Source: Antedon mediterranea
Taxonomy: Eukaryota; Animalia; Echinodermata
DNA: 64,000 nucleotides
Direction of reading: 5' to 3'
NCBI RefSeq assembly: GCF_964355755.1
Contig: NC_092676.1
Location: forward strand, 8,719,888 to 8,783,887
Part shown: positions 1 to 14,400 of the stretch, piece after piece
Position numbering within the stretch: the stretch's first letter is position 1
Layout: every line of letters starts with the position of its first letter
The notes under the pieces: generated by a model
Database searches by the model: none
Seen by the model: the letters and a program-made list of their open reading frames with translations, nothing else
What the model was told of the DNA's origin: nothing
Program-made: the position numbers and the translations under genes

Positions 1-630
1 GCTGATTTATTTGTTTACAACTTGAGTCTGGAAATAATTATACAATACTAGCTAGACTTATACACGCTTTGTACCCACTGTTTATTGTAGCGATTGCCTA
101 CTTCTAAATTGAAACAAATTAAAATCATAAGCTATTAAATAATTAAATGTAATTAATGCTGTTGAATACAGTAATTTTGACATGATCCTTTAGAACCTTG
201 TTACATATTAAGTCAGTACATTTCTTTTACACTCAGGAAATTATTTTGGCCTAATGTAGATGCATACAAAATACTCATACTGTATTTAAACTAAAATAGT
301 ATACAAATAAAAATATAAAATAAAATTATATTATCCTTGTTATATAATATTCAATTATCTGAAAGTCCAGTCTGTCATTTGAAGTCAGTAGGTTATAATG
401 GACTACTATACAGAGCTAAAAAAATATGTGGAAGCGTGATATAAAAAACATTACCTTTCGTGGAAGTGCGTTGGATCGTATAAAAAAATAGTGCTTAGTA
501 GGTTTGCAATAAAAAAACAATGCCTCATATGTAGGCTATGAATGGTTACACGTGGGGAACGAAGCGCAGCAATTAATATTGTACTGTACATACTTTTTAA
601 TTTGCAAATTCATGTTTGTTTTTCTTTTAG

Positions 631-2468
631 GAAGAGGCCTAGCTCAAGAGTGGAACACAAACTTGAATGCGATGAAGAAGCACTTATTGCTCATTCAAAA
701 CTATCAAAGTACTGTAGTTCTAGTATAGACAACAAACATGAGGAACCAGCCACCAATACACAGGACAAAGATTATGATTGCAGCTCTGATGGTCTGTTAA
801 GAGAAGACGAAGACAGCAGTATTCTTGAAGAACATCTGCCAGAGGTTGACCAGGAAAGCCAGTGTTCAAATGATGAATTTATCTCTTCTCATAGAATCTA
901 TCAAAGTGAAGAGAAGAAAGAGATTGTGGATGGCAAAAAACAAAAACCTTTAGGCTGTGTTTCAGATCATGATTATAATACAGATGATGGTAGTATTCAC
1001 AGTATTGATTCTGATTCATCAGACAAAAGAAGTCTTCAACATCTTGACAAATGTAGTGTACACAGTCTTAGTAAAGACAGTGTCCATAGTATCAGTAAAA
1101 ATAGTATCCACAGCATTAGTAAAGACAGTGTTCATAGCATCGGTAAAAACAGTGTTCATAGCATCGGCAAAGACAGTGTTCATAGCATCGGCAAAGACAG
1201 TGTTCATAGCATTGGCAAAGACAGTGTTCATAGCATTGGCAAAGACAGTGTTCATAGCATCGGTAAAGATAGTGTCCATAGCATCGGTAAAGACAGTGTC
1301 CATAGCATCGGTAAAGACAGTGTCCATAGCATCGGTAAAGACAGTGTTCATAGCACCTGTAAAGACAGTGTTCATAGCATCGGTAAAGACAGTGTTCATA
1401 GCATCGGTAAAGACAGTGTTCATAGCACCTGTAAAGACAGTGTTCATAGCATCGGTAAAGACAGTGTTCATAGCACCTGTAAAGACAGTGTTCATAGCAT
1501 CGGTAAAGACAGTGTTCATAGCATCGGTAAAGACAGTGTTCATAGCATCAGCAAGGTCAGTGTTCATAGCATCGGCAAGGTCAGTGTTCATAGCATCGGT
1601 AAAGACAGTGTTCATAGCATCGGTAAAGACAGTGTTCATAGCATCGGTAAAGACAGTGTTCATAGCATCGGTAAAGACATTGTAGGTGTTTGCAAAGACA
1701 GTGTCCATAGCATTGATAAAAACAGTATTGTTACGTTGGATCAAAGATTTGGTTCAGGACGAAATAGTGCCATCAGTGTTGATAGCAGTGCTTGTCACAC
1801 AGATGAGAGTAGTTTACAAGGATCTGAAAAGGAAAGAGTTCTGGGGAATATTAGTAGCAGTGCCCAAACTTTTAATGATAGAAGTATCCATAGTAAGACT
1901 AGTGGCTGTGGTGATGCTGGTAGGTCTGGTAAAGTAAGTGTATCTGTCCATAATGATGGAAGTCAACAGGATCTTCCCAAGGACAATATCAACCCAAATA
2001 ATCAGAGTACAGAGGATAACAGTGGTGCTCCTTGTAGTCAGTCTAGTAGTGTGCAAAGTAGTACATATAACACTGATGCCAGCTATGAACCAAGTTCTGA
2101 CAATGCCATTGACTCTAAATCTACACCTCAAAACAATTTCATAACGGACAAATTGGAAATGGACATTGACCAAATCTTCACACCACGCCATTCTAGTACA
2201 CTTCCAGAACGTTTTTCAAAATCTGATAGTTCGTCTGATATTGATGATGAAATGATCAAGCAAGTTATCACAAGATCTAAAGAGAAAACAGTTGTACGTA
2301 GTCGAAAAAAGAAGTCCGTGAGGGAAAAGAATCCAAGTCAAGCGGTTGCGCCAAAATCTATTCCATTTGTTCAGTACAGTCCATTTGAAATGCCATCAAA
2401 TCCCTGTGATATTGTTGTTACTTACATCAATGAACAAGGTGCCATTTTTGGCCATGATATATCTGAAG
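631..2468 (+). CDS. RNF17: Exon A: very large exon, Ser/Asp-rich low-complexity linker with octapeptide repeat, ending in the start of an extended Tudor module
   Basis: Acceptor tttcttttag|g at 630/631; donor gaag|gtaagt at 2468/2469; open throughout (ORF 542-2503). Ends YSPFEMPSNPCDIVVTYINEQGAIFGHDISE; phase 1 joins exon 11841. Confidence 0.85.
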
Positions 2469-5400
2469 GTAAGTTTACTTTTGATTTTTACTTTTGTGCT
2501 TAAATTCTCATTTACAATTTATTATTTTGAACAGTTATAAATAGAACAGCTGACCTCATCTTTACATTATGTGAAGATTATTATGAAATGCTTCACCCAA
2601 TGCAACAACTTATTCCGCGGTGAGATCTTGCATTGTTCTTATAATAAATAAAACATAAACAACCTTGTTGTTTTTAACGTTTTCCGTCTTCCGACATTAC
2701 GCTTTCCACAATTTGTTTCCATTTTTTTCTGTTTATGGCAGGATGGTTTGTTATTGTGTTAGTGTCTACTTGTCCTTGTAAGTCTTTCTTTATTTGATTC
2801 ATCCAGTTATTTCTTGGTCTTCCTACGGGTCGTTTTACTTTCCTGTCAGTTTCCGGTAATCTAATTATGTGTTCATACCATTTTAGTCTCCTTCGTTTAA
2901 TTCTTTTACTCCATTCTTCTTGTTTTGTTATATCGTATATTTTCGTGTTACACACTCTATTTTGTTAATTTAATATTTATCATCTTTCGCAACATTTTCG
3001 TGTGACAACCTTGTACCAGGTACTTATTATTAATTAGCCATGTAGTTAATTTTATTTTAAGTCCCTTGTCTTGGATGTTGTAATTGACCATTATTAGATG
3101 TAACATTTTAATAACTGAAATCCAGAAAGAAAACTAAGCTTCAATTTATCTGAATATTGCTTACTAATTAATGAATGAATTATAAATCTGTAGCTTGAAT
3201 TATTTTGCAAACATGTTATATAATGATAGTAGATATCCTTGATAGTGCAGGTAGCCTACAGTATAGTCCCTGGAAATGAATAATTGTCTCTAATGACTTT
3301 TACACATTTGGACAATAACAATCAATGATAAATAGATTTACATAAAACAAAATAAATTAGTAAAGTTCCATTCTAGACTGTAGGGCATTCACACTGGAAC
3401 CCATTTACACTTATGACAATAAAGATCAACAATAACTAGATAAATAATAATGCATTTTTCTGATATAAAATAAAATAAATTAGAAAAGTTTCATTCCAGA
3501 ACTATGGTATAACCATTTATGCTGCATTTGATGAAATAATATTTTCACACGTCCAATCAAATGACGTCATGATTGCAATAATACAGCGACGATACAATTT
3601 TATAGTTGTTACTGATCATGACGTCATTTGATTGGACGTGTGCAAATATTATTTTCATCAAATTCAGCATAAATGGTTATACCATAGTTCTAGAATGAAA
3701 CTTTTCTAATTTCTTTTATTTTGTATCAGAAAAATGCATTATTATTTATCTACCGGTAGGTATCGTTGATGTTTATATGCACAAGTGTAAATGGGTTCCA
3801 GTGTGAAAAGTACTGTTAAACCTATCCAATGCTAAGAACCCCAACTAGCCTCTAAAAATGAATGTGAAATCAAAGAACTCAAATAAAGTCTTTAAACTGG
3901 AAATCCAGTGTACAGTACTTAAAAGAACCCAAGGTATCTTGCATAAAGAGTAGGTGGTTACCCCAGTGGTCTTTTTAATCTGCCGTCGTTAATCACTGCC
4001 TTCGTTAATCACTGCCTTCATGCATCACTGCCTTCATGCTAATGATCCTACTACCAGTTTAGTTACAAAAACTATAAGAGTGGCAAAAGGAATGAAAGAA
4101 GATTAACTATGACTGTGTAAATGTCTATCTGCATCCTTCATGTGCCTCTTTGTCTTTAGATGATCCTGAGATACAAACTACATTAGGATTGCTGTTACTA
4201 TTGCATATTCTTCATACTTCACACACACATCCAGTCTAATATCATGAGCGTTCTATGACCTTGTTTGATACAACGTCTTTGTAAACTTAAGGCAATAGTT
4301 AGCTTAAGTACAGGAAGCCTAAAAGTCTTTATTAACTAAAGTACGGCATTAAATCAGAGTTTGATACTAATGATAGTAAAGAGGCAAGTAGTTAAATTAA
4401 AGTACCATGTTTTAAAGACAGAATGTGACAGGCCTCGGTTATAAACTCAGTTTTACTACATAGTGTACACACTAATAAAGTTTAAATGTCAATTCTGTAT
4501 AAAATAAGTCATATTTTAATGAAGTTCAATAAACATTTATGTTATTTCAGATAATTATTTTGAACCAACATTAAATTTTATTGTTTCATTTTTTGCCTTT
4601 ATATTGAACTCTCACAGATTAGTTAAACTGTCTTAGAGCCTGAAGCAATGTTAAATCTGTTCATCTCCTCCTAGTTGTAAATATGTTGTTTCTAAGAGAA
4701 TATTAATCAGGATTTACTGTTTTAGCATAAAATGCAGGTTGCTGAATGAATTATTTGCCATAGTATACAACAATCTTTGAGATCCAACATACGGCCTTTT
4801 TTAAAATGTCTACTGGGGACAAAAATGTAGGGGTTTGATCTGTACCAACATATATTTACACTATAGAGCCCCTCCTTTCGGAACAAAGTCAATATTAAAA
4901 TTGGGCAACCCCTATTAAGAGAACTTTTTTGGGTCCTGAAGGTGTCCTTAAAAATGTTATACTATATTTCAAAATAGTAGCAGAGTTGTTTCAAAATATT
5001 TAATTTCTTTCACAAAAAAAGATTGTCCCATGTATGAGAGTATCAGGATGTCCCCTGAATAAGGATGTCCCCTGAATAAGAATTTCCCCAAAATAAGGGT
5101 GTCCACTGAAGACAGTTGTTTCAAAACATTTAATTCCTTAAACAAAAAAAGATTGTCTCTTGTATAAGAGTATCCCCTGAAAAAAAAAGTCTCATGAATA
5201 GGGATGTCTCCTGAATAGGGCTGTCTGTTGAACCCACAAATGTTAAAACGACCACAAATGTGAAAATGCATCACCCACAAATGTGAAAACAACCACAAAT
5301 GTGAAAACAACCACAAATGTGAAAACCCATCACCCACAAATGTAGTAATTTAATAGTTCAAGACGATATTTGTTCTTTGCTGCACGCGTTCACGATACTT

Positions 5401-8400
5401 CAAGAGCAAGGCCATGTTATATCGTTCGATGTTTTTTGCAAATGGTAATAATCCAACGTGTTAACGACGACCCTAACAGACGTATCGTGAACACACAATT
5501 ATTGAAACAACTCAATAAAATCTATATAAATACATTATCATTAACTCAATAACAATTTGTTGGGCCTAGCACTAAATTTGATTTGGATTTTTTTTTACAT
5601 TTGTCGACGTAAAGGTCTCTCTTTTTTCACATTTGTGGGCGCTGTTTATGACATTTGTGAATGATGCGTTTTCACATTTGTGGTTGTTTTCACATTTGTG
5701 AATGATGCGTTTTCACATTTGTGGTTGTTTCACATTTGTTGGTGATGCGTTTTCACATTTGTGGTTGTTTTCACATTTGTGAATGATGCGTTTTCACATT
5801 TGTGGCTGTTTCACATTTGTTGGTGATGCGTTTTCACATTTGTGGTTGTTATATATTTTGTCCAAAAACATGACATTTTTGGCCGCTGTAACAAAAGTTT
5901 TCATCGTAGCTCAATAAAAATTTTTTTGTAGTTTGCCCATCAGGTACTTTATCAAAAATTACAAACTAAATCAGACAAATACAACCTGATGAAGAGCTAT
6001 TTGCTTATTTCTCAGTTATTACTGACGGCCTAGGTTACTGTGAAATTGCCCATAAAAGTAACCCTACCAACTTAATATTCAGCACAATTTATGTTTAAAT
6101 CGGATTTGTAGTTTTCTAGTAAACAGGATTTTAAAGCTGTTTTCAAGACATTTGAAAATCGCCATCTTGTGCTCATGGCAGCCTGTTTGTGACGTCAGAT
6201 ACGGACGACGAAAATTTTAAGATTCGCGGTTGCATTCGGCGCTTCTATTGGCTAAGCGAATCCGCTAATATGATTGGCTAATAACGCGACATGCGGTCAT
6301 GCAGGACGGCGATGACACGGTATGAGCATGCGCTGACTTGGTAAACAAACCTTCGATCGATCTTTTCTTCTGCACGCCAATTCGTAAATCTTTCAGCTAT
6401 TGTTAATCTATTGTTACTTTTATTGCCTAGCTGTTTCAAACGGGATTTGGTAGGGGAATTAACTGGCAAACCTTCCAAACGGAGGCTGTTGGTTGACGAT
6501 GCAGTGTCTACTTTATTTTCGTTCAACACGAGTTCTAGGCCTAGTAAGGCATACAGTACAGATACACTGGCCGAAAGTACACCATTCTTCGACGGCTTGT
6601 TATGCTCGAGAATGTTCTTCTTCTCTTATTTTTTCCTCATCAGCACGACGCAAAACTAACTCTCTTTCTGTATATTCTGGTTCCAAATTTTCTGAATTAT
6701 AAAAACTCCAAGCCATATTCCGAAAATATTAGGTATGTTACTGTTAGGCTATTTAATTGATTTTATTTATGGTTATATCCCGCACTTCCATATTGAAATA
6801 CTGTACTAAGACGATGGACGCTTGGATTTGCTTGAATGCGTCCACCTAATCTGACGTCACATAATTGCTCTTAACCTGTCAAAATGGCGCTGTTCAATAT
6901 CCGATATGTTGTCGTTTAAAAGTCTATTTTTTAACTAAATTGCTTACTATTGTACCTTGAACCATTGTAATTCAATTCAATTCAATTCAACTTTATTTCA
7001 GACAAACTGTCCATATATTATTGATTAACTATAGTTTACAAAAACAACACATTATTATGGCTATACTGATACTAGTTAACACACGTAAAAGTATACATGA
7101 GATTATATATACAAAAGTTCTGTCCATTTTCTATGCAACTTTAAATCTTTTAGAATACGAGAAAAAACACATGTAATTAAAGTATTACAGCTTTTTTCAA
7201 TTTTTGTTTTGAAACAAAAAATTGATTTCCGAATGTACTCATAGAAGGAGGGAACATGGTTATCAACAAACATAGCACTAGCACTACAGCTCCTTGAGCG
7301 TCTTAAAATCTTTCTAAGTGCGTTATTATAACATGTTTTTATTACATTTATCTATAAGCACAGTGGCACATTTAGCCCAGGAAATCCTAATACAATACCT
7401 AATAATAAGGGTATTATGTGTTGACTTGTTCATACACCCAAAACACCCACTCTCAGTTCAAAGGTAAAGAAACTTGAAAGAACTAATGATCAATTCCTTT
7501 AGCAGAATGATTTACAATAGGAAGGATATGGAATCCAATCTCATTTTCACCAATTATCTTTTTATATAATGATCCTTGAGGTAAAAATACAACTAATCAA
7601 TTTTAATCAAACCTAGTCTACTGTTTGTGATTGGATTCTGCTACTTTAATGACAATGAATATATTTGTGTGTATAAATTATATTTTCATATTTCAATTTA
7701 GAAATAATACTAAAGCATATTGATCAGGGGTAAACCAATTGTGTAATTTCTTTTTTTTAATGTTATATTTGCCTTATGATGAATTCTATGTTCTTATGCA
7801 AATTTCCAAATGTTCATTTACATGTACATTGTATTCATTTTTCATTAACCGAGTAGAAATTTAAAAAAGGTACAAAACGAAATGAATGTAATCAAAACTG
7901 TAATTCATATTTATAAGTTAAAAATGAAGGTTATTTTGGCGACTGATTGATTGTGAGTGTGAGGTTCATTCAAACATAGCAGCGTGTATATTGTTAAAAC
8001 TGTTTCATCATTTTCGCAGAGTTAATTTAAAATTAATTTCATTATTTTTCTTTTAAATTAATTAAGTGATATAATAATATATATTGTTAAAACTATAAAT
8101 ATATTGCATCATTTTTCAATTATTATTAATTTCATTAATTTTCTTTTAAGTTAATTGATATTCTGTTTTTATCGACCCATCATAAATATTTTTTATTAGT
8201 ATTACAATCAAAATCATGTACTTTATTATTACCCTCGCAAATTGTTGTTAAGTAGGTTTTGTATACAAGGGCTATACTATTAATGAATATTGTAAACTCT
8301 GAATGAATCTGTGATATTTGCATGCTTGCTATTGCTGAGTAAAAATGGTTAAGATTACAATTTTCAAGGTACTCGACCAGAATTTACACCAATTATAAAA

Positions 8401-11400
8401 TTTTTATTGAAATTATTGCTGACCTGAATAACATAATGAAGATTCATTTACTACTGTATCTAATTTATTCATTCAAATATATCCTACTAAATAATAGCAA
8501 GTCAAATGGCCGAGCAGTTAAGGCAAGGGCGCCTTTTACCGTACCTAAAAAACCAACAACATTGGCAAGGGTTCGAGGCCAAATACCTCCTAGTTGGTGG
8601 AAGAAGTCTTCTCAAATAACCGTTGGTCTACAGTAATGTACAGTTTGCCTGTGTCCACTTTAAATAACCCAGTTCATCTTTTGAGATGAGGAGGTTATCC
8701 CAGTGAACTGGTTCACAAAATAGCCCCTGAGTCAGATGGATTACCTGATAATCTGATAGGACATGAGTGATTCATTTGCTAGTGCTAAAATGAAATATTT
8801 CATTAAAAATAATCTTATATAGGGCCTAATAAAATGGTTCTAAGCGCTTTACACACAAAAATGTTCTGTTAAATATCCTAAGATAATCAAGAACCATTTA
8901 CACATCTCCGTTCTCCAGCACTTTGAAGCTCCCATATGAGAAGTCGCCGGAACAGAATTCACAGGAACTTGAGTGAAAAACGCATCTGTCTATCCTATGT
9001 ATCCTACCAAAATAAGAAGTAAAAAAGATGCTGCTTAAGACTTTATTAAAAAATTGCCTATTTTGTCCTGTTAATTGTTTTAGTAATGTATGCTGGGCTA
9101 TAGATACCCTAGGTCATGGGTTCAAATCCTGTTAGATGTCAATGCCAAAGACCTGTTATGTAGACAATTGAAAGAAAAAAAACCCCAAAACTAATTTTGA
9201 AATCTTTTTTAAATCTTTTTTAAATCTCTGTAACAAAATCAAATAACAATGTTTTACTGTATTTTGCTTTAACTAGTTTTAGAGAAAATAAAAAATGTAG
9301 AATGATACCGACCTACTTCCTTTGAGTCTTGTAAAGGTTCTTGTTTGACGTTCATTTAAAAGTGACATCTCTGACACTGGTTATGTATTATACAGCATAT
9401 TGCCTCAGCAAAAACACCTTTAGACCTACTTTATCAGAGCTATTATAAGGATTTTTGCAAATTAATCGTTTCTTGGTAAATGTTTATTTCAAAATGACAC
9501 TTAATATTGGTTTTAATATGATGAAATCGGAACTACATCAGAATATAAGGAAAAAAACCCATACAGTTACTATTATGAGATTGTAGCAACCCATATTTCT
9601 TGTTTGTGTTGAAATGTAGTTCCGGCATAAAAAAAATACATTAACTACTAAATCAAAGTGGTGTTTATAATCTATGCTTTATTGCTTTTTCAAACACATT
9701 TAGGGAAATATTAACGTCTAGTGTGACAAGTCGCTTCAAAATCAGTTTTTACTAACACTTTTAAAAAACATTTTTTTGGTTTTATTAACCTGTGGGAAAT
9801 TGTTTTGAACATTGAAGTCGTCATCACAAATGCTGGATGTCTTGCAACATAGCGCACTTACCAAGACTTATGGCCAAAGACTTTTTTCTTTTCCTATCAT
9901 TTTCTCTAAATTTTATCCATGCGGTTTTGGGTCATCCTCTTGGTCTCTTTTCTCAATAGAGCTCTTTGTGCTGGGATATCAGAGTCTAGACGAAATAGGT
10001 GTCCACACTATGCCGAGTGTCTTTTTTACTATCAACTACCAAAATATATTTTATAAACACTTTTATTTATTGTCATATTTTAACCATGAATTCAGAGGGT
10101 TATTAATCCGTTATTTGTTGACAGCAATAACGGGTCATAGTTACCAAAATAGATGGGGTTGATGGGCAGTGGTCACTAAGATCAGGGTCACTATTGGGTC
10201 AGGGGTTTTAATCGGACTATGATGATAAATAATCTGTTTTTCTATGTTTTTTTACATGGGTATTGCATTTAGGATTAGAATGGATTATAAATTTAGTTAG
10301 TAAAAAAGATAGTTATCTTGACCCCTGACCTCCATTTTATACCCCTTGTTGATGATTAGGAATTAAATAATATGAACTATTATTCTTTCGTTTTTAAATC
10401 CAAATCCAAATGCAATCTAAATCTTTCATAATTCTGATTTGTCAAATTATTTGTTTACAATTTTAGTATGGATTCATAAAAACCATCAAAACATCTTGTA
10501 ACCTGGATTATTATAATGGAGTTCTTTTCAGCCTAAATTAATATCAGGCCAGGCCAGTAGTAGTAGATGAAATTTGCCTTCCGAATAGCTAGGAAATAGT
10601 TAAAAAAAAGACACTGGTTCTTTCGAACCCACTATGCATGAACATTATGGACATTTTTTTTTCAACAATATCCAGGATATGTGTATAAAAAACAATTTCA
10701 TATCATAAAATGCATTCATCAAAAGGCTTATCTTATATGCATTATTTATGAAATTTAAACAAATTTTTTTCTGTTAGATGATACTAATATTTCTATGAAT
10801 ATGATTACATTATAGTCTAAATTTTACAATCAATTATTATATCATAATTCCTAGTAGCTACTATTATAATGACTATCTTAAATCTGAATATAATTGTTTA
10901 GTGGACGAGTAATGGAATCAAATTATATGCAGTAATTAATCTGTCATTTTGTCCATAAATAAAGCCATTATTTTTAGATAGAAGCTTCTATATGTATTCA
11001 TCAAAATGAAATGTGATGAAAATCTTTTTAAATAATATATTATTATAGAGATGATTTTCATTATCAAGAAAACCCTTGTTTATGTTCCTTTACCAAAATT
11101 CTTACTATTCATAGATTAATATATACAATCATGATGATACCGAACACAACCTACTGTACTAATGTGACAAGAACAATGGAGATGGTTATTCAGTAGAACC
11201 TCTTCTTTGGGATACCCCGGGTCAATTTCCTATTAGGAGGACACTCCTATAAAAGGGTCTTTCACACCTGTTCTGGCACGGTTCTAGTCCGGCGCCAGCA
11301 AATCAAATCAAACATGAATGTTTCGTTTTCTCGACGCTCCATGCGGCTATGTGCATATCTATTGGTGAAACATTGATAAGGGGATACTTTGTTTAACCAT

Positions 11401-14400
11401 GAGGGTTTCCACTTAATTTGAATTATACCAACTGATTTATTTAGATTATTATTTCGATTCACCTGCTTGTACCTAAACCCAAGGTTGAAAGGAACGACCT
11501 TTTATTCTTTTCTCTCCTAATTTTTAAAATACTCTTTTCATAATTTTTGTTAAAAAAAACCCTTAAAATTATATATCAAAGAAATAGTTATTTAGTATAA
11601 TTATAAATTTAATAGTATACCTTTTCAAATTGTTATAATGTCTATTTTATTTTATTTTTGTTTTTATTGTATCTCTTTGACATGTACTTTTTTGTGATTG
11701 TAATGTTTGTATTTTTAATTGAATAATAGAGGGCCACTGGATATTGGCTCCCTTGCAAGCAAATTGGAAGGGTCACCTTGTTGAAATACAAAAATAAATA
11801 GCTAAAATTCAATTGTTGTTTGTTGCCTCTTCTATTGTAGGTAAAATCCTGTTAAAAGAGATCATGGAAGAACTTCAAAATATCTGTTCAAAGAGACCAG
11901 TAGAGAGTGGTATCACTTGGAGACCAGGGCAAGCATGTTTTGCGCAGTTTTCACTTGATGAATTGTGGTATCGTGGAAAAGTGCTCTCAGTTCAACAAGA
12001 CATTATATGGGTAGGTGCTTATGGATATGTGATGTTTGTGTTTTTTCTTAAGCTTTCAGTAAATAGGCTTAAACGCATTGAAACACCGGTTTTTGTCAAA
12101 TCTCCTGAGTTAAGCAACATTGGGCCTGGTAGATCTTGGATGAGAGACCATCTGGAAATATTGGGCTTGTATGGCGCTGGGGCATTTGAAATCAGCATTG
12201 CTGACTCTTATGGCAGCATCAGTATCTATAGTATCTGACTCATCTGGCCCATATCTTTCCTCTGGTCAAGGTGGGCACTGGACAAGAGAAGCCCTTGATC
12301 AATGAAAGGACCAATCTGACTGACTTGGTTTCATCCATCATTCAGATTAATGTAAAACTAATTTACATTGTTGTTTGTGATATATGTCAGCCAAAGTAAA
12401 TTCAATATAATTTATTTGGTCAAACTGTAAACATGGATTGAAATGTTATATGAATGCTATAAAAGACACATTTTATTTGTTTTTACACCAAGTAGAATTA
12501 AAAAATGTATAAAAAACTTTGTATGTTATTCCACATCTAAACCTCATTTCATACTAATTGGCTGAAATGATGATGATGATGATAAGATTAAGATAAATTT
12601 TTTAAAATAGCATAAATATAACATTAAAAACCTTATGATGGAGAAGAATGATTATTTACCACTTTTTTTTTTCAATTTCTGAAAATAAAAAGGGTTATTT
12701 TTTTAATTTCATTTGTTTACTTTGTCACATGACTGATGAAAGTTTGTTTCTCAAATATATGAAGGAATACAACACTGATGAGCAATTGACATTACTTTCC
12801 ATGTTGCAAGATATAAAAAAATACATACTCTAAATGTTTAACTTTGTATCTGACAGCAAAGTATAATTACACGATGGAACTATATCTATCTGGCTTATGT
12901 TGTTGCTTGACGTACTAGTATCATTTCCAAAAAAAAAAAAGAAATTCAAAATAACACAAACAAAATAATACAGAGAAAGAAAGAGGACAACAAAGTTTTT
13001 ATTTAACTTTTATGCCTGTCATCTTGAATCAGTGTCTTGCTTCTTGGACAGGAGACTATTCAAAATGGCAGTCTCAGATTTTGGTTGCCTCAGGTCATGT
13101 TTTCGCAGCCAAACCAAAATCATCAGTTAAAACAATTTAACCAATCGGGTAATTAATTAAAAAATAAAGAGCGCATGATCAGTTTATAACCAAACAACCA
13201 GGTGCTTAATCACAAGTCAACAATTTGTCCTTCAGGTCAACAGTTAAAAATTATGCATTTATCCCATATTTATCTGATTTGAATGAGATACTGTAAGTAT
13301 CGATTAATTTTTCTTGAGTGGAATCTGTTAAACTGATTGCATTGAATACATAACATTTCTTTTCATGTCATATTTTCTCTTTGATCCAATGTTGTCCCTC
13401 TCTTTTTAAGGTAATAACAAAACATAATTATTGTAGGCCTTGTTAATAATAGTATACAAATGTAGTTTATACAATAGAACCTAATTCCTTTGAAATTAAG
13501 TTGTTATTATTGACATGCGTCTCATGTGTTTGTAATGCACCCCAGACACTATCATCATCTATGTTGATGTTTGACATACATGCGTCTCATGTGTTTGTAA
13601 TGCACCCCAGACACTATCATCATCTATGTTGATGTTTGACATACATGCGTCTCATGTGTTTTTAGTGCACCCCAGACACTATCATCATCTATGTTGATGT
13701 TTGACATACTTTAACATCAATCAGTATAAAAATAACTTTGGTTTTCTGGAATTTATTCGTAAAAATAGAATGATATAAGATTGTCTAGTTATTTATGATC
13801 ATTATTTGCCATAAAGCTGATTGTTATTTTATGCATTGGCATTAACAGCCAGTTTCAGTTGGTTTCAGTCATTTCAAGATGAAGTATCTATACATGTCTA
13901 TAGGGTATTACAATTTATACTTGGCGGCATCTATCTATATTCCAATTCAAATGTGAATATTGATAATTAGTTTTAATTACTTTGGACTGAATCGGTTGAA
14001 ATTCCTTCTTCAGATAGTAAGCCTCAAGCAGAGTGGCACTTCCTGGTGTTTGTCGCCACTCAATCCACAATAGTCGTGAAATGCTCCAAGCGTTCGCACC
14101 TCTGAATGGGTTTTTTTTTCTCAAATAAAACACCTTAAGCTTTTTCTGTTTTCATGCATGATGAAGCAATCGTCTCTGTCGTATTACCCTCCCTCCATAT
14201 TTAACGTTTCTTCCAATCATTATATGCATATATATGCCTATTTGAAGCGAACAAACTTTTTAAACCACATACAAACAGTGGGCTACAATATAGAAATTAT
14301 TTTATCCTGCTTAGGCAATCAACAGAATGCTGCTGCACCTGGTATTTTAAGAAATTACACAAATTATATCAGGGTTTCTACTAATATGGGAAGCCATAAT

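Noticed and set aside
542-630. ATG at 542 as the gene start
   Set aside because: A strong polypyrimidine/AG acceptor lies at 630 and the upstream peptide looks intronic; the N-terminal domains expected for this family are absent from the window.
957-1744. Overlapping 242-aa (+) and 241-aa (-) ORFs across the 24-bp repeat
   Set aside because: A 24-bp unit without stops in those frames is open automatically; both close soon outside the array. Only the KDSVHSIG frame connects to the Tudor exons.
5984-6015. ctgatga as a hammerhead ribozyme core (also ctgagga on the minus strand near 43565)
   Set aside because: No correctly placed stem II plus GAAA, and no closing stems found by eye.
12011-12238. 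Extension of ORF 11813-12238 as a Tudor-5S fusion
   Set aside because: The donor at 12011 joins in frame to VQYVDFG at 16275; the extension is chance read-through into a SINE.
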